Below are positions 40,965-50,600 of a DNA stretch of 64,000 bases, piece by piece. The notes below the pieces were generated by a model, which saw nothing but the letters and a program-made list of their open reading frames with translations, ran no database searches and was not told the DNA's origin. Position 1 is the stretch's first letter. The number at the start of each line of letters is the position of its first letter. Made by a program: the position numbers and the translations under genes. Source of the stretch: Macrostomum lignano (taxonomy: Eukaryota); NCBI GenBank assembly GCA_002269645.1, contig NIVC01000261.1:246564-310563 (forward strand). The letters are read 5' to 3'.

Positions 40965-41892
40965 ACCAAGGGGCTTTAGCACCAAGGGGCTTTAGCACCA
41001 AGGGGCTTTAGCACCAAGGGGCTTTAGCACCAAGGGGCTTTAGCACCAAGGGGCTTTAGCACCAAGGGGCTTTAGCACCAAGGGGCTTTAGCACCAAGGG
41101 GCTTTAGCACCAAGGGGCTTTAGCACCAAGGGGCTTTAGCACCAAGGGGCTTTAGCACCAAGGGGCTTTAGCACCAAGGGGCTTTAGCACCAAGGGGCTT
41201 TAGCACCAAGGGGCTTTAGCACCAAGGGGCTTTAGCACCAAGGGGCTTTAGCACCAAGGGGCTTTAGCACCAAGGGGCTTTAGCACCAAGGGGCTTTAGC
41301 ACCAAGGGGCTTTAGCACCAAGGGGCTTTAGCACCAAGGGGCTTTAGCACCAAGGGGCTTTAGCACCAAGGGGCTTTAGCACCAAGGGGCTTTAGCACCA
41401 AGGGGCTTTAGCACCAAGGGGCTTTAGCACCAAGGGGCTTTAGCACCAAGGGGCTTTAGCACCAAGGGGCTTTAGCACCAAGGGGCTTTAGCACCAAGGG
41501 GCTTTAGCACCAAGGGGCGCCAGCACCAAGGGGCTTTAGCACCAAGGGGCGCCAGCACCAAGGGGCTTTAGCACCAAGGGGCGCCAGCACCAAGGGGCGC
41601 CAGCACCAAGGGGCGCCAGCACCAAGGGGCGCCAGCACCAAGGGGCGCCAGCACCAAGGGGCGCCAGCACCAAGGGGCGCCAGCACCAAGGGGCGCCAGC
41701 ACCAAGGGGCGCCAGCACCAAGGGGCGCCAGCACCAAGGGGCGCCAGCACCAAGGGACGCCAGCACCAAGGGGCACCAGCACCAAGGGGCGCCAGCACCA
41801 AGGGGCGCCAGCACCAAGGGGCGCCAGCACCAAGGGGCGCCAGCACCAAGGGGCGCCAGCACCAAGGGGCGCCAGCACCAAGGGGCGCCAGC
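40965..41892. repeat. 16-bp minisatellite with two variant domains (ACCAAGGGGCTTTAGC then ACCAAGGGGCGCCAGC)
   Basis: 34 TTT units, an alternating zone at 41509-41572, then ~20 GCC units. Confidence 0.97.
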
Positions 41893-42253
41893 CAATGGGC
41901 GCCGGCACCAAGGACGCCAGAAATATAGCGCTGAGATTTTAGCACCAATTGCATTCCACTTTTCTAATCATTTCTGAACGTAACCTGTTTTTAATTATAA
42001 ACCAATTGTTTATTTGTCAAATTTAAACTCTGAGTTTCCTGCTAGATGTGAAGAAGTTTATTGATAGCTTCAAATAGTTTCTCACTGGCTGAGGCTCCAC
42101 TGACAGTTAAAAAAATTATAAAGATGACAGATAAGTGAAAATATGAGAAAGAGATAATATATCTTTATATCTTATCACCTCTCATAGAGAGCTGATGAGA
42201 GGGGAGAGGAGAGAGGAGAGCTGATGAGAAGAGAGAGGAGAGATGAGAGAGAG

Positions 42254-42775
42254 GGGAGCTGGAAGGAAACGAATTTGATAGAACCGGATAGAGAGAAGGG
42301 AGCTGGAAGGAAACGAACTTTGATAGAACCGGATAGAGAGAAGGGAGCTGGAAGGAAACGAATTTGATAGAACCGGATAGAGAGAAGGGAGCTGGAAGGA
42401 AACGAATTTGATAGAACCGGATAGAGAGAAGGGAGCTGGAAGGAAACGAAATTTGATAGAACCGGATAGAGAGAAGGGAGCTGGAAGGAAACGAACTTTG
42501 ATAGAACCGGATAGAGAGAAGGGAGCTGGAAGGAAACGAAATTTGATAGAACCGGATAGAGAGAAGGGAGCTGGAAGGAAACGAACTTTGATAGAACCGG
42601 ATAGAGAGAAGGGAGCTGGAAGGAAACGAAATTTGATAGAACCGGATAGAGAGAAGGGAGCTGGAAGGAAACGAACTTTGATCGAACCGGATAGAGAGAA
42701 GGGAGCTGGAAGGAAACGAATTTGATAGAACCGGATAGAGAGAAGGGAGCTGGAAGGAGACGAACTTTGATAGAG
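42254..42775. repeat. 44/45-bp purine-rich minisatellite, ~12 units
   Basis: GGGAGCTGGAAGGAAACGAA(A/C)TTTGATAGAACCGGATAGAGAGAA. Confidence 0.95.
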
Positions 42776-43579
42776 GGAAGTGGCAAGTGCTTCAGTCTAG
42801 TTTCCAGTCCACTACTGCTATTACTAGAAGTCCCTGGTCAATCGAATTCAGCCTCAACTACAGGCAGAATAAAAATTAGCGTACCCTGACTACTATCAGT
42901 AGAATCGTTTTACAATCTGCTCCTAAACTAATAAATAGAAACTAGTCATATTTGTCAAGTGCTGAGCTTTCTACAAAGATTAATTACGCAGAATCAGTGA
43001 AGACTCCTCAATCAGATGAGAGCAATTATATCAAAATTCGAGAAAAACGAATCAGTCTCAGATCCGTTGATAATTAAAAAAATGATCATTAAGTTAGCTA
43101 AATTACCCGTCACCTGAAATTGCCCTCGGCGAGGCCCAAAGGCACTCGATGCGCAGCAACTGATTTGAAGAAAGACTTACTCGAATCGAAGCCACGTCCT
43201 GTCTAGCTCGTAAATTTGCAAGTGGCGTCTTCTGGGCACTCACGCTGATGACTCGGAATCGAATTCATGGGTTGCTTGGGAACGTGGTGCTGCTAAACGT
43301 GTCTCTAATACCCTTAGATGTTCAGATTGCTGATAGACCACTGGAAATTTCAATTATTATTAGAGAAGCATGAGTTCACTGCATTAAAAATTCAAATTGG
43401 TCCTATATTAAATTCCTAAACTAGTGAAAGCAAACAGTACACCTTTTAAAACGGTTCTAAACAAACTGTACATTGATTTGAGCAATCTCTGATCTGCGGT
43501 GCTATTAGGGGTCATGTGCAGCCGGCCTTTACCGTGTGTACACCTGCACTGATGATCAAGTTGCTTAAACCCCCATTAA

Positions 43580-44432
43580 CCACTTCGCGCCCAAGCTTGG
43601 TTCTGTAAGATGGCTTAAAAGCCCAAAGGCCTGCAGAGCAGTCCATAGACAAATTTGTCTTTTTTTGCTGAATCGAGTGCACACCCTAGAAGCCCAGAAG
43701 TAAAGTATATCACATAGTTTTTCAGCTAGCTCCTGTTCAAACCTTCCTACCCACAAATGGCTTTTACGCGGCCGAATAGGACAGCTAAAAGTGACGCCTT
43801 GCGTAGACTGGGACTCGATTCCGATTCGGAAGACGCTTTATCAAGCAATGACTCGACGGTTTTTGAGTCAGAAACGGAGTCGGAAGGCATGGATCCAGAA
43901 ATTGATCCTGACTGAAGAGTTTATCACCACAGTCTTGTCACATGGACTAATGAGCGAATGTGGTTGGCAGTCAGGGAGTTCCAGCAGGAGAGTGCAGAAA
44001 ATGGCGAGGAAGAGAGCGAGAGTTGTTGCTGAGCTTAGTCGCGAAGTGCTGGGCGAAGGATACCACATATACACGGACGACTCCCAGCAACGGAAGCCCA
44101 GACTCGCCCAAGCAAACGATTCCGAATTTGAAACCTGACGTTCCAGCTAAGAAGACAGTATTTTGCTGCAGCCAATGTCCCAGAAATCCTGGTCTCTGTC
44201 CAGATCCATGCTAATTCATCCACGCTTTAATTCCCCTTTAACATTTCCCATTTGAGTGAAAACACAATGTAAATGCATAATGGACGTCTTTAAATCAGTC
44301 ATGGCCTGCCCATACTGGGCACTTGCTTTAGTGATTGGGAGATGGTTTTTGATGCCATAGACATTTTTCAATCTCTGGGTTTCTGGGCCGTTTCGGTATG
44401 GCCTGCAGTGCAGGCCTTTGGCTTCCAAATGG
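43580..44432 (+). mobile_element. Internally deleted piggyBac element (853 bp) flanked by TTAA
   Basis: TTAA at 43576-43579 and 44433-44436. Ends CCACTT / AAATGG. Subterminal inverted repeat 43619-43647 versus 44397-44424. Transposase scraps: acidic DSDSEDALSSNDS..., ARVVAELSREVLGEGYHIYTD, C-terminal KKTVFCCSQCPRNPGLCPDPC. Confidence 0.85.
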
Positions 44433-45027
44433 TTAACCCAGTCTAACAGGATGTTTGCAGCCCCGGCCCTAGGCTTGTCCAATTCTGATTGGCTACCACT
44501 CTCCCTATTACTGTTAGCCACTTACGCACAACCCCCTCCCCATAAGTCAGCTGCGTCAACCCACTGTCACCACCTAGCCTATCATATGCGCTAAAAAAAA
44601 CTGTGCGAACCCCGTCGTGTAAATCCACGTCAGAGTTAAATTTAAAGGTTAACAAGGATCTGTCAGCAACAAAAAGGACAATATCGGTGGACTGGTTTAA
44701 ATAAAGCGTCTGATAACAAGCGTGATAAGCTATCTATCACTATATCTGATTGGACTACCTGCTGAAAAGAGAATAGCGATTCTCCAAACCTTGAACAGGA
44801 CGTTCAAAACTTGCTTTGAATTGCACCTGTCCTAATTTGTAGATGTGCAACCGACAGCTCAGCCGCAGCTATCGGTGTTGCGCATTTGAAGGCTGCGTAC
44901 GGCTGTTCAGTCCAAGGACTGGGTGGGGGGCTAATCCTCAATTACCCCCACCTATTTTACAGCTGAGTGAACTGAAGAAGTGCAGAGTTTCTCAAGGACA
45001 CAAATTATTCCGAATATGTCTATCTAG

Positions 45028-45075
45028 ATAGAATCGAACCCCCGACCTTTTAGACGCACTAACCACTAAGCTACA
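45028..45075 (-). other. tRNA-derived fragment (SINE head or truncated tRNA pseudogene) with Pol III A and B boxes
   Basis: Minus strand TAGCTTAGTGG (A box) and GGTTCGATTC (B box), only 22 nt apart, too short for a complete tRNA. Confidence 0.45.
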
Positions 45076-45483
45076 ACCTAGTGTTTTTGTTTATAAATGA
45101 AGAGCCAAAGACTGACTGTTATTATGCATGGATCTTTTTCTCATTCACTGGACGATATTTGGTTGGCTATTGTCTCTTTTTATTTCGAGATTAATACTTT
45201 TTTCTGCTTTTGTGATTTGCACTAATGTTCTTCTTGTTTGTGAATGTTTTGTTGCATACAAATACTGCATGCCACACCGCAAAGTGACGATAAAGACCGA
45301 AGTTTAGTTATTAATGAGGCTTTAAACAACTGACAGCATGCTGTTGTTGCTTAAATTCAATCCCTCGATTTCACTTTCTATTTAGTCGGCTGTAGAAAGT
45401 TTAACAATAGCCGATTAAAAGTTAGCAACGCAAAGATCTTAGACGTTAAAGTACATTTGGATTTGTTAGTTAATCAAAGCCGA

Positions 45484-45993
45484 TCAGCGGCCCGGTTCCT
45501 GATGACCATCCAGGTGCAGCCAGTGCAGCACCGAGTGGCGGCAGTGCTTGGAACAGACGCAGTCAGGATGCCCATTGTGAATGAGGAAATCGCCCACGCA
45601 GAACGGGTCATTCGAATTAAAGACGTTTCGGCAGAGTCGAGTGCACAGGGAGTTCAGCTTGACCCTCTGCAGGTCTGTTGCGGTTGAGATAACGATTGGT
45701 TATTTATTAGTTGCTTAGTCATCAAGTGTGCGGCTTTTAGGGCCGCTGACCTTTTACCGCCTTGTGGGTTGGCCATCATAGGCGCTAAATGAACGAGAAG
45801 CTTACGATAAATTCATTCCTGGTTGCAACAAAAATAGTTTTTTTTGTTTTAAAACGCGATATATTCGGTAACAATGGACATTGTATAAGCTGAACATACC
45901 CGCTTCTCCGAAAACCCTCCGTTTAGCAGTAGTTTGGCTGCCTGTCACGGCTGCGATTGCGACAATAGCGAGAATTCCAGCTGCCTTTAGCAT
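45484..45993 (-). CDS. Small secreted Cys/His-rich peptide precursor, 103 aa, 3 exons (45993-45900, 45784-45758, 45674-45484)
   Basis: MLKAAGILAIVAIAAVTG signal-like N-terminus. Two GT-AG phase-1 introns (115 and 83 bp) join in frame to ...LCTRLCRNVFNSNDPFCVGDFLIHNGHPDCVCSKHCRHSVLHWLHLDGHQEPGR*. AATAAA ~300 bp downstream. Confidence 0.72.
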
Positions 45994-47620
45994 GATGAAG
46001 CTCCTGTAAAGCTAAGAGCGTGGATGGTTTAATTTTAAATAGACTTAGAAGAAGTAGAATTAGAAGTATAATAGCAGTCCTATCCGAGCAAGACTCATTT
46101 TTAACAACAGCTCTGATTTTTATACTCGAATTTTTGGGTACTTTTCTTTAAAAAATTCGTTTTTGTTAATCTGATTGGATCGCATTAGCCCGGGGTCGCA
46201 TCAAAGGGATTTTATCAAAGACACTAGTCCCAGAGAAGTACTGATTGGCTGGGCGAATCAATGACATGTTAATTTTTACGAGGAATTATTTTGTATATTT
46301 GTGTCAGATAAAAATGATTATTTACACATGTAGCTGCTTTTTGAGGCCCTCTTTGAGGACATGCACTTAAAGTACAATCGGCGGCGGCATATGAAAAATT
46401 AAACTTTGACATCGCATCACTGCATCGCACCGCCTAGAAATCAGTCGGGACCAGCTATGGAATCAGGATTTCTTCCAGAGGAGCGAACGAAGAATTTGCG
46501 AACTCATGAGAGATGACTAGCGAAATAGGGAGAAAAACAGATGAGCCCCCAGTCCCCCCCCATTCTTTAGCTCTTCTGTTTAGCTCAACATTCTGAACGA
46601 GCCTTGGAATCTGAGGAATTGTTATAGGTATTGATTTCAGCTTTACCATTCTGAGATGCTGAGATTTAGAGATTCTGACTAATCCTTCTCACCTAAAAGA
46701 AGAACAGCATTCTTTGCTTTCTGAAGAAAATTTCATATTTACAATTATTGCTCGAGAAATCTTCTTTTGCTACTCGTCAGTAGTCACTACCCTTAACTGT
46801 TTAAAAGCGCTTCAGCAAACACTGGAACGTTTTCGTCGTGTCCACAACGTATGTCCAAGTCGAAGTACTGTAGCAATGGCAGCTACATTCAGTTTACACG
46901 TCCTGACTGCTGATCATTTGAAACTTGCAGTGAACGCACAATATTGTGAAATACGAGCGCAAGTACGCGTGAATTTAAAGGTCAACGTTTTCATTATAAT
47001 TTTAAGCTTCTAATGCAGATAAGTGTGTGTAGGGAACGTGAAAACTAAAGTACTGAAAAATATTCGCGGAAGGGTTGCGCCCACCTTCGGTGATGTCGTC
47101 CGCCTCTTGTACTGTACAGCATTCCTTGTACTGTAGTAGTCCAGAATTATGCTACTCCCGAGTTGCGGTAGTTATCTGGATAGCTCGTCCATCATAATGT
47201 GAATATTTTGCTTTATTTTGCTCATAAATCATTCGTGCAATTTGCGGTTGTTCCACAGCAATTATGAATGCGTCAAGTAGGTGGGAGTTAGGAATATTAC
47301 AAGCTCGACTGTGCGATTAAATTCATTCGAGCTGCGTTGGTATGCGCTAGGAAAATTTATAAGTGTCGAAATTGTGCGAGCTAATCCCATTATGGGTTGG
47401 TAGGCAAGCATCGGAACGCAGATGCACTCCCGTCAGTCTCTCTCCTTTCGTTCGTACATTCAGACGCATGTGCAGAAGGGGATAGGGAAATCCTATATCC
47501 ATCATGTCCCTTGCAGCCACACACTCGTAGCATTGAACCCTGAACTCTCAGATATACATGCAAGCCGATCATATAAGCAGTTGCGCAAACAGCTAAAATA
47601 CCGGACAAAGAAAGCTGCAT

Positions 47621-50600
47621 ATGTCCACTGCTATTCTTGCTACCAAGCACGGAATTCAAGAGCCGAGTATGGAACAGCTGCAGCAGCAGCAGCAGCATGA
47701 TAGGACGCCAAAAGCGAACCAACTGCGCAGGTCTGCTATCGAGTTTCTCGGATACACGACAGCGCACGGCTTGGGAAGATTCGCCAGCCAGTCCAGTGCA
47801 ATCGGCAAGCTGATTTGGATCGGGTTCCTTCTGGGAACCTACTCAGGATTTGCCTATCACCTGTACACTCTCTTTGACAGGTTCGCTCAGGCGCCTGTTC
47901 TCACCACCATGACCATGTCCAGTCTGGGATTCCAGTTCCCGGATGTGTACATCTGCCCCGCCCAGCCAGTCACTATGAGCAGGGCCAGCAAAGAAATTGA
48001 ATCCGTTTACATTAGTTTCAACGCTAGAGACCATGTGAAACCTGAATTCAAAGCTAATTTCTTTCGATTTAATGGAACAAATGACGATTTATATGCGTTG
48101 AGCAAGCCGGCTAGGGCAATACTTTACGTTCTCAAGGCCACGGAGGCCGCTTTCATAGCAAAGTTTCAACTTCCCCAAGATGGTGAGTCATATAGTGCTC
48201 TTTTTCATATTTTGATACTTAAGTCATAAGTGTTTTCTTTGTATTAACTTTTAGAATAATAGCATCAGATTACATATGGTTGCTAAATTTTGCTAGTGGT
48301 GCTATGCTTTGTTACCGTACATGTATATTGATGTTCGGCCTAAAATATTCTCAGGAGAGTTGCAGGCACCATCTGGCGCAACGCCTTTGGCGAATTTTCC
48401 ACATTCCGCAACCAAAGCTGAGGCATCTCTGCACATTCCGCTGACTGTTGAGAACATGCAAGCGCTAATACTGTACGCAGACTGGATGAACAGCAAGCAG
48501 CCTTGACTGTCCAATTGTCGGACAAGTACAATCTCATGGATTTGATATGGATCAGATTTGATATCAGACGAATCGCACCACCCGCCACCTAACTTTCGTG
48601 AAGAAGATACAAATAATTTTTATTGCGCACAGATTCGTGGAGAGTTGGTTATGACAGTTAAAATATGATCGCTGAAAGGATTCAACGTTGATTGCATTGC
48701 AGAAGATGCACTCTTAGACTGTCGAACCAGCTTGTCTGGAGAGGAGTACGCTGGCAATAGAAGTTTCGCGGTGACATACGATCGAGCGCGAATCGATCTA
48801 CAACGCACTGACCGGTCGCTAAAGCCGTACACGACGACCAAGCCGTGCATTCGATGGAGCGAAGCTGCTCGGATGCTGAAAGCTCGAGGCGCAGCAAGCC
48901 TGGGCGACCGGCTGCTGATGCTTAATTACTCTGACAGCGAGTCCCGGTGCCGAGCTCCGGTCCGACTGCCGCTGTCTGAGTTTTTTCCGATTGGCAGCAG
49001 TGAGTGATAAAAAATTATGTTGACTCTGTGAATTTTGCGGATACTTTAACAATTTATCTTCTACTGTAATTGCTCTCGCTGACTCCAGAAGAAACCTTGT
49101 CGGGCAATAAATACGTCGAGTCTAGTCGATTCGTAGTTACGATAAAAATAAGTATTCCAAGCTCAACCGCAGTTAAAATTGCTCGAGCTGTGTTGCTATA
49201 TACTAGGAAAATTTATAATTGTTTATAGCTGTTCGAGCTAAGCCTATTATGGTCTGGTGTGGCAACCACCGAAACGCAGATGCACTTTAGCACTTTCCGT
49301 CTTTCCCTCTATTATCGTTTGTGCATTCAGGCGACTGTGGATGTAGAGGAAGGAGATACGGGATTTACTAATAGCCACATGGCTTCGAGCCTTTTATAGG
49401 TGCATGCCAGCAGTCATCGTTTACTCATCCTCTTGCAGAGAACTGTTGCCAAATATTTTTCTTACCTGTAGTTAATACTAAATCAGCTGATAATTTACCA
49501 TTAGAAATGCATTTAGCCTTGATGATTTGTTAATAAATCTAAACTTTGATTTCTTCTATTAACTTTTGAACACAATATCAGGATCGCTGCTACAACGAGT
49601 AGGTTGTTTTGCAAAAAACTCCAGCACTGTTGAAGAGAACTTCAACAAGACATGTCTCGTACGTGGCCGAATAACTACAGAACTGTGCGCCGACTGCTGC
49701 GATGAGCTCGACTTCACGCACATTGCCCTGCGGGACGGCGAGTGTCACTGCGGCACTTGGAACAATACACAGCAGGGGTTCTGCGACAAATTATCGATTA
49801 ACAGCGTCGCAAGGAAATGCGATTGCGATGTCAATGTTTTTTGTATAAGAGATACCGGTAAGTGAGGGAACAGAACTGCTGCAATTTTAAATGCGCGCAA
49901 ACAATGCGAGCTAGCTTTTTAATCAAGTCGTGCTTCATTTTCAGACTCAAAGCCGCTACGAATCAGCAACTCAAGCGTCCTGACGGCATTATCAAACGGG
50001 CCCTACTGCTTTTTCAAAGACGATTTTGGCAGGCTTGAGGCTGCTTTCTGCAACGTCCCACTCTGCCGTAGGTTTCTAAGGCTTCAATTTTGAACGCTGC
50101 TGTTGTAGAAGGACACCGCACACGCCTTCTGAACTTTTGATTTGCTGATGGGGCCAGTTTCAAACTGTTCTCGGTTCAAATTTGCGATTTGGTAGGACGG
50201 GTTTTCTGAGTGTTGATTCGATGTTAACTGGTCAAAAGCATTGAGTCAAGAGGCTTTAACCGTGAATAAGTGTACAGATGTTAGAAATAGAACTATTTAA
50301 CACAGGCATTAGGTAAGAAGTCCGCGCTAAATTTCTTTCAAGATTACTCTTCAGGAGGCGATCCGTTTCGTCTAAGTTTTTCGTCTAATTTTCGTCGAAA
50401 GTGGTCATTGATAGAGTTCATTTAGATTTCTTTAACGCCCGTAAAGATGCTGACCATACATTCGCTATTGAAACAATTTGAGCAGACGGAATTTTCGGAG
50501 CTTAATAAAAGGCCACGCGATTCGACGGTTGGCGTTCGGCCAGGATTCACGAGTTCCAAATAAATTACCGTGGGTAGAAGTCTAAGCAAGGACCATTAGA

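Noticed and set aside
38850-42775. Arrays as CRISPR-like loci
   Set aside because: Head-to-tail tandem units with no unique spacers, in a spliced eukaryotic context.
43110-43345. Cluster of minus-strand splice-like signals (possible small exons)
   Set aside because: No recognisable protein and no start or partner exons could be linked; needs RNA data.
40946-44652. Large piggyBac from TTAACCCTTT (40946) to AAAGGTTAA (~44650)
   Set aside because: The terminal match is too short and no subterminal similarity is visible.
48633-48702. Channel exon 2 starting at the CACAG acceptor (48633)
   Set aside because: Stops in all three frames within 36 nt. The TTGCAG acceptor at 48703 is in phase and open; the AAG at 48678 is a weaker in-frame alternative.
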